This document shows positions 1-10,764 of a DNA stretch of 64,000 nucleotides, in pieces. The translations under genes and the position numbers were made by a program. Each line of letters starts with the position of its first letter. The first letter of the stretch is position 1. The notes under the pieces were generated by a model. The model made no database searches. It saw only the letters and a program-made list of their open reading frames with translations, and had not been told where the DNA came from. The DNA is from a virus (lineage: Duplodnaviria > Caudoviricetes). Where the stretch lies: positions 562 to 64,561 of IMG/VR virus record IMGVR_UViG_3300025127_000001. One strand, 5' to 3'.

Positions 1-385
1 AGGAGATGTGATGCCAGACAAAGGCTTATTAGGTTTAGTTAAAAACTTAATACATAATGATCCAGACATACCACCTCAGGATAAAGAAACAGCGTTAAAA
101 CTACTAGAGCAAGACATGATTGAAATGCAGGAGGTATCTAAAAGATGGTCTTCAGATATGAGTAGTGATTCATGGCTTAGTAAAAATACTAGGCCCTTAA
201 CGCTTATATTTTTAACTATATCTTTAGTTATATTAATAATACTAGAAAGCGCAAACATGCAGTTCGACGTAGACAACAGTTGGGTAGATTTATTAAAATC
301 ACTCTTAATAACAGTTTATGTTGCATACTTTGGTTCGCGTGGAGCGGAAAAGTTTAAAAGTATAAGTAATAATAGAAGTAAGTAA
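1..385 (+). CDS. Probable 3TM holin, likely 5'-truncated by the window edge
   Basis: Reading frame open to the window start; coiled segment, RW..D..SDSWLSKNTRP motif, two hydrophobic helices, YFGSRG.EK ending typical of 3TM holins. Confidence 0.65.
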   Translation, partial: GDVMPDKGLLGLVKNLIHNDPDIPPQDKETALKLLEQDMIEMQEVSKRWSSDMSSDSWLSKNTRPLTLIFLTISLVILIILESANMQFDVDNSWVDLLKSLLITVYVAYFGSRGAEKFKSISNNRSK

Positions 386-407
386 TAATCAATTTAAATT
401 TAATAAA

Positions 408-650
408 ATGGCAAAAACAAAAAAAATTACAAAACAAGAGTTAGAAAAAGTTGTTGAACAACAAAAAGAAGTTAACACTTTTCTAAATCAACTTGGTGTT
501 TTAGAAAGCAATAAACATATTGTACTACATAGATTAGATAAATTAAACGAAAAAGTTGAAGAGACTAAAGCTATGTTAGAAAGTAAGTATGGTGCTGTAA
601 ACATTAATCTTGAAGACGGAACTTATACAGAAATAGAAGACAAAAAATAA
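408..650 (+). CDS. Hypothetical coiled-coil protein
   Basis: 80-aa ORF, tightly packed in operon. Confidence 0.6.
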   Translation: MAKTKKITKQELEKVVEQQKEVNTFLNQLGVLESNKHIVLHRLDKLNEKVEETKAMLESKYGAVNINLEDGTYTEIEDKK

Positions 651-651
651 A

Positions 652-876
652 ATGGATTCTATTATAAGAAAAATAAGTATAGGTTCTGATTACAAGAACG
701 ATGCAATGCATTATTCTGTTGGTCAAGAGGTTTACGGTGGTCACACTATATCTCATATACTTTTAGAGCCAGATAACTCTTATAATATTTTTATAAAAAA
801 AAATAATGCGGTATTGCCATGGAAAAAATTTAATTCTAACATGGCAATATCCATTGAATATGATTTACAGTATTAA
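652..876 (+). CDS. Hypothetical protein
   Basis: 74-aa ORF whose stop overlaps the next start (TAATG). Confidence 0.6.
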   Translation: MDSIIRKISIGSDYKNDAMHYSVGQEVYGGHTISHILLEPDNSYNIFIKKNNAVLPWKKFNSNMAISIEYDLQY

Positions 877-1481
877 TGAAATCTGTACATGATTTTATAG
901 TGATGCCAGTTGGTGATCGCTATAATAACCATTTAGAAGTTGGTGACAAAAAATTAATATTAAATTCTACTGTTGAAGATCATAAGTTTATAAACAGAAA
1001 AGCTGTTGTAATATCAACACCGACATCAATAAACACACCAATAGAAGAAGGTGACGAAGTTATTATACACCACAATGTATTTAGAAGTTATTATAACCAG
1101 CAAGGTAAAAAAGTTGATAGCAGTAAGCTTTTAAATGAAGATCATTTTTTTTGTCAACCAGATCAAGTTTATTTGTATAAAAGACTTGTTAAATGGTGCA
1201 CTGTTGGGAAAAGATGTTTTGTAAAACCTTTAGAAAACAAATCTGATTTAAGAGACAAAAAAACTCTAAACAACGTAGGTGTTGTAAGATATAACAATAG
1301 CTTGCTAGAAGCTCAGGGAATAACCGAGGGAGACTGTATAGCGTTTAAAAACAATAGGGAATTTGAATTTGTTATTGATAATGAGCTGTTATATTGTTTA
1401 CACACTGACGACATTTTAATTAAATATGAATATAAAGGAGACAAAAAAGAATATAATCCAAGCTGGGCAAAGAGCAGTTGA
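876..1481 (+). CDS. GroES-like (Cpn10-fold) protein, apparently two tandem domains
   Basis: N-terminal 'DFIVMP...AVVISTP...IEEGDEVI' and second 'RCFVKP...GVVRY...ITEGDCIAF...LYCL..DDIL' repeats resemble Cpn10 barrels. Confidence 0.6.
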   Translation: MKSVHDFIVMPVGDRYNNHLEVGDKKLILNSTVEDHKFINRKAVVISTPTSINTPIEEGDEVIIHHNVFRSYYNQQGKKVDSSKLLNEDHFFCQPDQVYLYKRLVKWCTVGKRCFVKPLENKSDLRDKKTLNNVGVVRYNNSLLEAQGITEGDCIAFKNNREFEFVIDNELLYCLHTDDILIKYEYKGDKKEYNPSWAKSS

Positions 1482-1701
1482 TGAGTTAATAAAGGTAGCT
1501 AAAGAACCTATTGTAGATTCGGATGACGATATATCTGCTGATCGTTTAAAAAACGCAGCGGCAACAAAAAAATTAGCAATATTTGATGCTTTTGAAATAC
1601 TAAATCGTATTAAAGAAGAAGAAGATATGTTAAATGAAAAACCAAAAAAAGAAACTGAAAAAAAATCTTTTGGTGGTTTTGCTGAAGGAAGAGCTAAATA
1701 A
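1426..1701 (+). CDS. Putative terminase small subunit
   Basis: 91-aa helical ORF coupled directly to TerL; positional inference. Confidence 0.45.
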   Translation: MNIKETKKNIIQAGQRAVDELIKVAKEPIVDSDDDISADRLKNAAATKKLAIFDAFEILNRIKEEEDMLNEKPKKETEKKSFGGFAEGRAK

Positions 1702-3905
1702 TGTATAAGCAAGATTTATATAAAATACTATCTGAACATATAAAACCTAATATTCTTAAAAAAAGAAATAAGAAAAAAGATTGGGAGTATGGATATAACA
1801 AGGAGCATGATATGATTGTTATATCAAAAACAGGTAAGATAGGAGAAATTTATGAAATACAAAATCTTAAAATAGCTTTACCGTTAGAAGAAAATGTACA
1901 TGAGTTCGAAAACAATAAATGGACCTTTATAGATCTACCTAAAGAATTAAAAAGAATAAAAACTATTTTTGACTGGGAAAAATATCCAGTTGATTTTAAA
2001 GAAAAATGGTATGACTATATTGACACAGAGTTTGAAAGGCGTGAAAAAGGTTTTTGGTTTTACAACAAAGATCGGCCTATATATCTTACTGGTTCTCACT
2101 ATGTCTACCTGCAGTGGTCCAAGATTGATGTTGGGAAACCAGACTTTAGGGAAGCAAACAGATTATTCTTTATCTTTTGGGAAGCTTGCAAGGCAGATAC
2201 AAGATGTTACGGGATGTGCTACCTTAAGAACAGACGTTCTGGGTTTTCCTTTATGGCATCAGGAGAGGTTGTTAATTTGGCAACCATATCAAGTGACTCT
2301 AGATATGGTATATTATCCAAGTCTGGGCCGGATGCTAAAACCATGTTCACAGATAAGGTGGTACCCATATCGGTTAATTACCCCTTCTTTTTCAAACCGA
2401 TTCAGGACGGTATGGACAGACCAAAGACCGAGTTGGCGTACCGAGTACCAGCCAGTAAATTCACGAGGCGTAAGATCCTCGCAAACGAACCACAGGAACA
2501 GTTACAGGGATTGGACACCACCATCGACTGGAAGAACACAGGTGATAACTCCTACGACGGTGAGAAACTCAAACTCCTCGTACATGACGAATCGGGTAAA
2601 TGGGAAAGGCCGAACAACATCCTCAACAACTGGCGTGTTACAAAAACAACATTAAGATTAGGTAGTAGAGTTATAGGTAAATGCATGATGGGATCTACGA
2701 GCAACGCTCTAGACAAAGGTGGTGATAATTTTAAAAAACTATATTATGACTCAGATGTTACAAAAAGAAACGCCAATGGACAGACTCGCTCAGGACTATA
2801 TAGTTTGTTCATACCTATGGAATGGAACTACGAGGGATACATCGATTCTTATGGCGTACCTATATTCGAAACACCAAAAGATGAAAAATACGGGCCACAC
2901 GGTACTAAAATAGATCAAGGTGTTATAGAGTATTGGCAAAACGAAGTTGATGGTTTAAAGCAAGATCAAGATGCTTTAAATGAGTTTTACAGACAGTTTC
3001 CAAGAACAGAACAACACGCTTTTAGAGATGAGGCAAAAGCATCACTTTTTAATCTAACAAAAATATATGAGCAAGTAGATTTTAATGAAGATGTTAAAAA
3101 TAACAAGTCTATAACTATAGGTAATTTCGCTTGGTTAAATGGACAAAAAGATACGCAAGTTGTATTTTACCCAAATAAAGATGGTAGGTTTCATATATCA
3201 TGGATACCTCCTAGATATTTACAAAATAAAGTAATATTAAAAAGGGGTTATAAATATCCTGGTAATGAACATGTTGGTGCATTTGGTTGTGACAGCTACG
3301 ATATATCAGGTACAGTAGACGGTAAAGGATCTAATGGATCTTTACATGGTTTAACTAAATTTAGTATGGAAGACGCACCTACTAATTGTTTCTTTTTAGA
3401 ATATATAGCTAGACCACAGACTGCTGAGATATTTTTTGAAGACGTACTTATGGCTTGTGTTTTTTATGGCATGCCATTACTTGCTGAAAATAATAAACCT
3501 AGACTTTTGTATCATTTTAAAAGAAGAGGTTATAGAGGATTTTCTATGAATAGACCTGATAAATTAAAATTATCTTTAACAGAAAGAGAGATAGGTGGTA
3601 TACCAAATTCTAGTGAAGATATGAAGCAAGCACACGCTGCGGCTATAGAGACATATATAGAAAACAATGTAGGTTTAACACCTAATGGATATGGAAACAT
3701 GTATTTCCAAAGAACATTAAACGACTGGGCTAAATTTAATATTAATAACAGAACAAAGCATGACGCTTCTATTAGTTCTGGTTTAGCTTTGATGGCTTGT
3801 AATAAAAATAGATATAGACCATCACCTGAAAAAACTTTAAAATCTGTTAATTTAGGTATTAAAAAATACAACAATAAAGGAGAGATTTCAAAAATAATAC
3901 AATAG
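1701..3905 (+). CDS. terL: Terminase large subunit
   Basis: Walker-A-like KNRRSGFS, Walker B LVHDESGK, nuclease FGCDSYD and C-terminal HD; upstream of portal. Confidence 0.9.
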   Translation: MYKQDLYKILSEHIKPNILKKRNKKKDWEYGYNKEHDMIVISKTGKIGEIYEIQNLKIALPLEENVHEFENNKWTFIDLPKELKRIKTIFDWEKYPVDFKEKWYDYIDTEFERREKGFWFYNKDRPIYLTGSHYVYLQWSKIDVGKPDFREANRLFFIFWEACKADTRCYGMCYLKNRRSGFSFMASGEVVNLATISSDSRYGILSKSGPDAKTMFTDKVVPISVNYPFFFKPIQDGMDRPKTELAYRVPASKFTRRKILANEPQEQLQGLDTTIDWKNTGDNSYDGEKLKLLVHDESGKWERPNNILNNWRVTKTTLRLGSRVIGKCMMGSTSNALDKGGDNFKKLYYDSDVTKRNANGQTRSGLYSLFIPMEWNYEGYIDSYGVPIFETPKDEKYGPHGTKIDQGVIEYWQNEVDGLKQDQDALNEFYRQFPRTEQHAFRDEAKASLFNLTKIYEQVDFNEDVKNNKSITIGNFAWLNGQKDTQVVFYPNKDGRFHISWIPPRYLQNKVILKRGYKYPGNEHVGAFGCDSYDISGTVDGKGSNGSLHGLTKFSMEDAPTNCFFLEYIARPQTAEIFFEDVLMACVFYGMPLLAENNKPRLLYHFKRRGYRGFSMNRPDKLKLSLTEREIGGIPNSSEDMKQAHAAAIETYIENNVGLTPNGYGNMYFQRTLNDWAKFNINNRTKHDASISSGLALMACNKNRYRPSPEKTLKSVNLGIKKYNNKGEISKIIQ

Positions 3906-6317
3906 ATGAATATATATACAAATCCAAATAGCTCCTTTCCTAGTCAGGTAGTACCAGACGAAGAAAAGAACAGTTGGGAATATGGCCTGAAAGTTGCTCA
4001 AGCTATTGAAGGCGAGTGGTTTCGTGGAGATAGAGGCTTAGGCAATGGTGGTAGATTTGGTAATAACTGGCAATGGTTTCATGATTTAAGATTATATGCT
4101 AGAGGTGAACAATCTGTACAAAAATATAAAGATGAGTTGTCAATAAACGGTGACTTAAGCTATTTAAATTTAGACTGGAAACCTGTTCCTATTATACCTA
4201 AGTTTGTAGATATTATAGTTAATGGTATGGCTCAAAGAGTTTATGATATAAAAGCATATGCTCAAGATCCAGAATCTGTGCAAGAAAGAACTAAGTATGC
4301 AGAAGCTATAATGCGTGATATGTACGGTAAAGACTTGTTGATGGAAACACAGGAGAAAACAGGTATGAACTTTTTTAATGTTGCAGATCCTGACGCTTTA
4401 CCTGGTTCACAAGAAGAATTAGATTTACATATGCAGCTTAATTATAAGCAAGCTGTAGAAATAGCTGAGGAAGAGTTAATATCAAATGTATTTGCTAAAA
4501 ACAAATATGATTTAATAAGACGTAGAGTTTTAAATGATTTAGTTACAATAGGTATAGGTGCTTCTAAAACTGAGTTTAATAAATCTAATGGTATACAAGT
4601 TGAATATGTAGACCCTGCAAACATGGTTTACTCTTACACAGAAGATCCTAATTTTCAAGACATATACTATGTTGGTGAAGTAAAAGCAATTACATTAGAA
4701 GATTGTAAGAAATTGTTTCCTTGGTTAACGCCATCTGATTTAAAAGAAATTGAAAAATACCCAGGTAATGCTAATTACCAAAGAAGGTATTATGGTCAAG
4801 ATGATCAGTATAATACTGTTAATGTTATATTTTTTGAATATAAAACATATCAAAACCAAGTATTTAAAATTAAACAAACTGATCAAGGGTTAGAAAAAGC
4901 TTTAGAAAAAACAGACGAATTTAATCCGCCAGAAAGTGATAACTTTGACAGAGCTCATAGAGCTATAGAAGTTTTATATAGTGGTGCTAAAATACTAGGT
5001 CACGAAAAAATGTTAAGATGGGAGCTAGCTAAAAATATGACTAGACCTAATTCTAATTTAACTAAGGTTAATATGAATTATACTATATGTGCTCCTAAAA
5101 TGTATAAAGGTAGAATAGAATCTACCGTAAGCAGAATTACAGGTTTTGCTGACATGATACAAATAACACATTTAAAACTACAACAAGTGTTAGCTCGTAT
5201 GGTTCCGGATGGTGTATTTGTAGATGTAGATGGCTTAGCAGAAGTTGATCTAGGTAATGGTACAAATTATAATCCTCAAGAAGCTTTGAATATGTACTTC
5301 CAAACTGGTAGTATTGTTGGTAGAAGTTTAACACAAGAAGGTGATCCTAACAGAGGTAAAGTACCTATACAAGAATTACAAACAAGTAGTGGTAATGCTA
5401 AGATAGGTAGTTTAATTCAAACGTATCAATATTATTTACAAATGATACGTGATGTGACCGGATTAAACGAAGCAAGAGACGGTAGTCAACCTGAAAAATA
5501 TTCTCTTGTTGGTTTACAGAAATTAGCCGCGGCAAACAGTAATACAGCTACAAGACATATTTTACAAGCAAGTTTATTTTTAACATTAAGATGTGCAGAA
5601 AATATAGCGCTTAGAGCTGCTGACGCAATACAATTTCCGTTAACTAGACAAGCATTGATAGATTCTTTATCAAGATATAACACTGGTACTCTTGATGAAT
5701 TAATTGACAAACAGCTTCAAGAGTTTGGTATTTTCTTAGCATTAGAACCAGACGAAGAAGAAAAAGCACAATTAGAGCAAAACATACAAGTTGCTTTGCA
5801 AGCTCAATTAATTAGATTATCTGATGCTATTGATATTAGACAGGTAACTAATTTAAAGCTAGCTAATGCTATGCTTAAGTTAAGTCAGAAAAAGAAAGCT
5901 GAAGCTGATCAAGCTGCAGCACAGCAAAACATGCAGGTTCAAGCTCAAGCAAACGCTCAAGCTTCAGAACAAGCATCGTTAGCAGAAATGCAAAAACAAG
6001 AAGCTTTAACTCAATCTAAAGTTCAAATAGAACAAGCTAAGTCTCAGTTTGAAATACAACGTATGCAGACAGAAGCTAATATTAAAAGAGAGTTAATGGC
6101 TCAGGAGTTTGAGTATCAAATGAAACTAGCAGAAGCTAGAATTAAAGCTGAATCTTTTAGAGAAAAAGAAATAGAAGATAGGAAAGATAAAAGAACTAGA
6201 ATATCTGGTACACAACAATCACAATTAATTGATCAGCGTAACAACGATACTTTACCTAAAGATTTTGAAAATCAAGGTATAGAAACAACGGGTGGTAATT
6301 TAAATACACCGGTTTAA
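3906..6317 (+). CDS. Portal protein
   Basis: 803 aa right after TerL; 'IIPKFVDIIVNG', 'IRDVTGLNEARDG', Q/A-rich C-terminal coiled barrel typical of podoviral portals. Confidence 0.85.
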   Translation: MNIYTNPNSSFPSQVVPDEEKNSWEYGLKVAQAIEGEWFRGDRGLGNGGRFGNNWQWFHDLRLYARGEQSVQKYKDELSINGDLSYLNLDWKPVPIIPKFVDIIVNGMAQRVYDIKAYAQDPESVQERTKYAEAIMRDMYGKDLLMETQEKTGMNFFNVADPDALPGSQEELDLHMQLNYKQAVEIAEEELISNVFAKNKYDLIRRRVLNDLVTIGIGASKTEFNKSNGIQVEYVDPANMVYSYTEDPNFQDIYYVGEVKAITLEDCKKLFPWLTPSDLKEIEKYPGNANYQRRYYGQDDQYNTVNVIFFEYKTYQNQVFKIKQTDQGLEKALEKTDEFNPPESDNFDRAHRAIEVLYSGAKILGHEKMLRWELAKNMTRPNSNLTKVNMNYTICAPKMYKGRIESTVSRITGFADMIQITHLKLQQVLARMVPDGVFVDVDGLAEVDLGNGTNYNPQEALNMYFQTGSIVGRSLTQEGDPNRGKVPIQELQTSSGNAKIGSLIQTYQYYLQMIRDVTGLNEARDGSQPEKYSLVGLQKLAAANSNTATRHILQASLFLTLRCAENIALRAADAIQFPLTRQALIDSLSRYNTGTLDELIDKQLQEFGIFLALEPDEEEKAQLEQNIQVALQAQLIRLSDAIDIRQVTNLKLANAMLKLSQKKKAEADQAAAQQNMQVQAQANAQASEQASLAEMQKQEALTQSKVQIEQAKSQFEIQRMQTEANIKRELMAQEFEYQMKLAEARIKAESFREKEIEDRKDKRTRISGTQQSQLIDQRNNDTLPKDFENQGIETTGGNLNTPV

Positions 6318-6336
6318 TTATTTAATTATATTATAT

Positions 6337-7542
6337 ATGGAAAAAGAAGTAAAACAAGAAGGTGAGTTTAGTTTAAAAAATAAAAAAACTAAACCAAAAC
6401 AACTGGGCAAAAAAGATAATGCGCCTGTAAAAGTAGATCTTACTAAAAAAGAAGAACCTACTGATCAAGGAGCTGTTATCCCAGAAGTAACTAAGGTAGA
6501 AATTAAAACAGAAGACAATGCCGTTTCAGAGCAAAAAGCAGGAGAACTGGTTGATGATAAACAAACCGGAGATATACCTAAAGTGGAAGAACAAGTACAA
6601 GAGCCCAACTCGGATGTTGAGCTTCCAATCGAGCAAGTCTCAGACGAAGAGCTAGAAACTGAAGTAAATAAAGTAGAGCAACAAGTAAAAGAGGCTAAAA
6701 GAGATGAGCAAATAACTGGTAAACCTTTACCTGAAAATATAGAAAAACTAGTTTCTTTCATGGAAGAGACTGGTGGTGATATACAAGACTATGTTAGATT
6801 GAATTATGATTATTCTAATGTAGATAACAATACTCTGCTAAAAGAGTATTATAAAAGAACACGTCCTCACTTAGCTGATGACGAAGTCAGTTTTCTTTTA
6901 AATGATAATTTTTCTTACGACGAAGAAGTTGATGAAGAAAATATTGTTAAGAAAAAGAAAATTGCATATAAAGAAGAGGTTGCAAAAGCCAAAAACTTTT
7001 TAGAAGATGCTAAAAGTAAATATTATCAGGAAATTAAGTTAAGACCTGGTGTTACTCAAGATCAACAAAAAGCTATGGATTTTTTCAACCGCTACAATGA
7101 GCGTCAAGATGTAGCCAAACAACAGCATCAGGATTTCGTATCAAAAACAAAAGAAATTTTCAACGATGAATTTAAAGGTTTTAATTTCAAGCTTGGAGAT
7201 AAAACGTTTAGATATAAAGTTAAAAATCCTAATGCCATTGCAGATAGACAATCTGATGTTAACAACACTATAGGGAAGTTCCTTGATGGTGATGGTAACG
7301 TGGTAGATGTCAGTGGCTATCATAAGGCTATATATGCTGCAGAAAACGCAGATACTTTAGCACAACATTTTTATGAGCAAGGCAAAGCCGATGCTATTAA
7401 AGATGTAATGGCTAAGTCTAAGAACATAGATGACACACCTAGAAAAACTTCTAGTGGTGAAGTATTTGTTCAAGGAATAAAAGTAAAAGCGTTGAGCGGT
7501 GTTGACTCTAATAGATTAAAGATCAAAAAGATCAAACTTTAA
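6337..7542 (+). CDS. Capsid scaffolding protein
   Basis: Acidic low-complexity N-terminus, located between portal and capsid. Confidence 0.7.
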   Translation: MEKEVKQEGEFSLKNKKTKPKQLGKKDNAPVKVDLTKKEEPTDQGAVIPEVTKVEIKTEDNAVSEQKAGELVDDKQTGDIPKVEEQVQEPNSDVELPIEQVSDEELETEVNKVEQQVKEAKRDEQITGKPLPENIEKLVSFMEETGGDIQDYVRLNYDYSNVDNNTLLKEYYKRTRPHLADDEVSFLLNDNFSYDEEVDEENIVKKKKIAYKEEVAKAKNFLEDAKSKYYQEIKLRPGVTQDQQKAMDFFNRYNERQDVAKQQHQDFVSKTKEIFNDEFKGFNFKLGDKTFRYKVKNPNAIADRQSDVNNTIGKFLDGDGNVVDVSGYHKAIYAAENADTLAQHFYEQGKADAIKDVMAKSKNIDDTPRKTSSGEVFVQGIKVKALSGVDSNRLKIKKIKL

Positions 7543-7561
7543 CTTTTAAAAATTAATAATA

Positions 7562-9073
7562 ATGGCAAATTTAGTAAGTCCTTTGTTTGGGTCTATTATA
7601 CCCTCACAAAAACAGGAAGTTCTGCAAAGTAACTATTTACAGTTTACTGATAAAGCAGGCGACAATTTCTCTGATTTTGCACAGCAGTATCTACCAGAAA
7701 TCTACGAACAAGAAGTAGAAAGATATGGAAACAGAACTTTATCTGGATTCCTAAGAATGGTCGGTGCTGAGATGCCGATGACGAGTGACCAAGTAATCTG
7801 GTCTGAACAAAATAGATTACACATTGCATATGAAGGTTGTACAACAGGTGGTGCTGGTACTAAGACTATTGATATTCCAGTAACTGCTGCAGGTGTTGTA
7901 CCAGCGGTTGTTAACGTAATTTCAGTTGGACAAACAATCGTAGCAATGGATGACGTAGGAGCAGAAGTAAAAGGTATTGTTAGTGCAAGTAACACTAACG
8001 GTACAATTACAGTTGAGCCTTACGACGCAGTAGATCTTAACGCGCTTAACGCGGCTGGAGGTGCTGTAAAAATCTTTGTATATGGTTCTGAATATGGAAA
8101 AGGATCTTCAACTCCAAATGCAGTTATTGGTGCAGGTGGAGCTATCGACGGTGTATTAAGCATCGAGCCTTCTTTTACACAATTCTCTAACTCACCTATC
8201 ATCATTAGAAGCAAGTACACTGTAAATGGTTCTGATATGGCACAAATCGGTTGGGTAGAAGTTGCTACTGAAGACGGTACTGGAGGTTTCTTATGGTATT
8301 TAAAATCAGAGTCTGAAACAAGATTAAGATTTGAAGATTACTTAGAAATGGTATGTGTTGAAGGCCAAAAAGCTAGCGCTGATGTTGGTGCTGGTGTTCC
8401 TTCTGCTGCATCTGCTGCAGGTTATAAAGGTACTCAAGGTTTATTTGATGCTATCCAAGAAAGAGGTAATGTTGAAGTAGCATTTAATACTAATGCACCT
8501 ATCACTCAGTTAGAAGCTTTTGATTCTATTCTTAGAAACTTAGATACTCAGGGAGCTATTGAAGAGAACATGCTTTTCTTAAATAGAGAAACTGCTCTAA
8601 GTTTTGATGACATGCTTGCTGGTATTTCAGCTGGTGGTGCTGGTGGTACTGCTTATGGATTATTTGAAAACTCTGAGCAAATGGCTTTAAACTTAGGTTT
8701 TAGCGGTTTCCGAAGAGGTTCTTATGATTTCTATAAAACTGACTGGAAATATTTAAATGACGCTTCTACAAGAGGTGCTATTGAAAATTTAGCTGGTACA
8801 GGTTATGGCGTAAGCTCGATCGATGGTGTATTAATTCCTGCTGGAACTTCTACAGTTTATGATCAAATCTTAGGTACAAACATTAGACGACCATTCCTTC
8901 ACGTACGTTATAGAGCTTCTCAAGGAGATGACAGACGTATGAAGTCTTGGTTAACTGGTTCTGCTGGTGGTGCGTTCACATCTGATCTTGATGCAATGGA
9001 AGTAAACTTCCTATCAGAAAGATGTTTATGTGTACAAGCTGCTAACAATTTCGTATTGTTTGACGGAGCTTAA
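7562..9073 (+). CDS. Major capsid protein
   Basis: 503 aa after scaffold, followed by strong hairpin; motifs like Bacteroidota phage MCPs (QYLPE..E..VERYG, WSEQ.RLH, FLSERCL). Confidence 0.85.
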   Translation: MANLVSPLFGSIIPSQKQEVLQSNYLQFTDKAGDNFSDFAQQYLPEIYEQEVERYGNRTLSGFLRMVGAEMPMTSDQVIWSEQNRLHIAYEGCTTGGAGTKTIDIPVTAAGVVPAVVNVISVGQTIVAMDDVGAEVKGIVSASNTNGTITVEPYDAVDLNALNAAGGAVKIFVYGSEYGKGSSTPNAVIGAGGAIDGVLSIEPSFTQFSNSPIIIRSKYTVNGSDMAQIGWVEVATEDGTGGFLWYLKSESETRLRFEDYLEMVCVEGQKASADVGAGVPSAASAAGYKGTQGLFDAIQERGNVEVAFNTNAPITQLEAFDSILRNLDTQGAIEENMLFLNRETALSFDDMLAGISAGGAGGTAYGLFENSEQMALNLGFSGFRRGSYDFYKTDWKYLNDASTRGAIENLAGTGYGVSSIDGVLIPAGTSTVYDQILGTNIRRPFLHVRYRASQGDDRRMKSWLTGSAGGAFTSDLDAMEVNFLSERCLCVQAANNFVLFDGA

Positions 9074-9080
9074 TATTCAT

Positions 9081-9120
9081 TAAAGGTAACGGGCGCTTCG
9101 GCGCCCAGAACCTTTATTAA
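9081..9120 (+). terminator. Hairpin terminator/stabiliser after capsid gene
   Basis: TAAAGGT-AAC-GGGCGC-TTCG-GCGCCC-AGA-ACCTTTA, C(UUCG)G loop. Confidence 0.75.
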
Positions 9121-9140
9121 CTATTTAATTATATTATATT

Positions 9141-9917
9141 ATGGGAAAAGTAAAAGAAAAAATATCTACCAAACTAGAGGATAGTTGGGAGATTAAAGAC
9201 AGATATTATTACACTTTAGGTAATAAACAACCTCTAACAATGAGGATACCATCACAGCATAGTAGAAAATATCCTTTACTATGGTTTGATGAAGACAAAG
9301 GTATACAAAGAGAATTAAGATACGCTACAAATATGAATTCTTGTTTTAAAGATGAGCAAGAGGGTGAAGCAACCATGGGTCATATAGTATTTAAAGATGG
9401 TAGTCTCTTTGTACCGAAAAGATACCAAGCTTTACAAAAACTGTTATCACTGTATCACCCGTTAAAAGGAAAAAGATATGGAGAAACTGATGATGTTGCT
9501 GAAGCAAGTGATCAGTTAGATTTTATGCAGTTGGAAATAGAAGCTTTAAATGCTGCCGCTAATATGGATATTGATATGGCTGAAGCTATATTAAGAACAG
9601 AAAAAGGAACGTCAGTTAGCAAGTTAACATCTAAAGAATTAAAAAGAGATTTACTTCTTTTTGCTAAAAGAAACCCAGGTTTGTTTTTAGATTTAGTTGA
9701 AGATGATAATGTTCCATTAAGAAATTTTGCTATTAAAGCTGTAGAAGCTAGAATAATTAAATTAGCAGATGATCAAAGAACATTTAAATGGGCTAGTAAT
9801 GGTGCTAAACTTATGACTGTGCCATTTGATGAACATCCATTTTCAGCTATGGCTGCATTTTTCAAGACAGACGAAGGACTAGAAGTTTATAAGTCTATCG
9901 AGAAAAAACTAAAATAA
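9141..9917 (+). CDS. Conserved head-region hypothetical protein
   Basis: 258-aa ORF after MCP. Confidence 0.6.
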   Translation: MGKVKEKISTKLEDSWEIKDRYYYTLGNKQPLTMRIPSQHSRKYPLLWFDEDKGIQRELRYATNMNSCFKDEQEGEATMGHIVFKDGSLFVPKRYQALQKLLSLYHPLKGKRYGETDDVAEASDQLDFMQLEIEALNAAANMDIDMAEAILRTEKGTSVSKLTSKELKRDLLLFAKRNPGLFLDLVEDDNVPLRNFAIKAVEARIIKLADDQRTFKWASNGAKLMTVPFDEHPFSAMAAFFKTDEGLEVYKSIEKKLK

Positions 9918-9930
9918 CATGTAATTATTG

Positions 9931-9960
9931 ATATAAGGCTCGTTCACTCGGGCCTTATAT
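9931..9960 (+). terminator. Intergenic hairpin
   Basis: ATATAAGGCTCG-TTCACT-CGGGCCTTATAT, 12-bp stem with one G:U. Confidence 0.6.
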
Positions 9961-9976
9961 TAAAATAAAAATAAAT

Positions 9977-10762
9977 ATGGCAATAAATGTAAACACAGTA
10001 TATCAAACTGTGTTGTCTATATTAAACAAAGAGCAAAGAGGTTTACTTACACCTGAAGAGTTTAACAATATAGGAACACAAGTACAGCTAGAAATATACG
10101 ACTCTTATTTTCCTGATGGTGATCAAGCTAATAGAAAAAACCAAGCTAATCAACAAAATGATACAGAGTGGTTTAATTCATTTGATAACATAGAGTATAA
10201 GATAGAACCTTTTATTGTTAATGAATCATGGGTACCTGTAACACTCCCAGGTTCAACAGCGTGGTCACTACCTACAACTAATTTAGGTGGTAGAGCAGTA
10301 AGACACGTTGGTAACGTTTCAGTTAACTATAACAACATTAACTCACCATACGTGCAAGATTCTAGGTGTGACAAAATAAGTTATAAAGATTATCAATATA
10401 TAACTAAATCTCCACTAACACAACCTGATCAACACAATCCCGTTTATTATTTTTCGTCTACACAGAACAACATAGATAATAACTTAGTTAATCCTGTTGT
10501 AAATATATTTCCATACCCGTCTACTGTACAGGCCGAAGTTTTATTAGGCCCTAAAAATGTATTATGGAATTATACAATTGGAACATTAGGTCAGTATGAA
10601 TATGCTGCTAATGGTAGTATTGATTTTGACTTAAGTACTTCTGAACAAAACGAAGTAATACTTAGAATATTAGCATATGCTGGTATTGTAATAAAAGATC
10701 CTCAAATTATTCAAGCTGCTTCACAACAAATAGCTGCTGAAACAGCAAATGAAAAAGCATAA
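9977..10762 (+). CDS. Putative head-tail adaptor/ring protein
   Basis: 'VYQTVLSILNKEQRG..TPEEFN' N-terminus; position before tail genes. Confidence 0.55.
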   Translation: MAINVNTVYQTVLSILNKEQRGLLTPEEFNNIGTQVQLEIYDSYFPDGDQANRKNQANQQNDTEWFNSFDNIEYKIEPFIVNESWVPVTLPGSTAWSLPTTNLGGRAVRHVGNVSVNYNNINSPYVQDSRCDKISYKDYQYITKSPLTQPDQHNPVYYFSSTQNNIDNNLVNPVVNIFPYPSTVQAEVLLGPKNVLWNYTIGTLGQYEYAANGSIDFDLSTSEQNEVILRILAYAGIVIKDPQIIQAASQQIAAETANEKA

Positions 10763-10764
10763 TT

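Noticed and set aside
1969-2655. 228-aa alternate-frame ORF inside terL, over a slightly GC-richer stretch
   Set aside because: No recognisable motifs and fully nested in a conserved gene; overprinting is not excluded but nothing supports it
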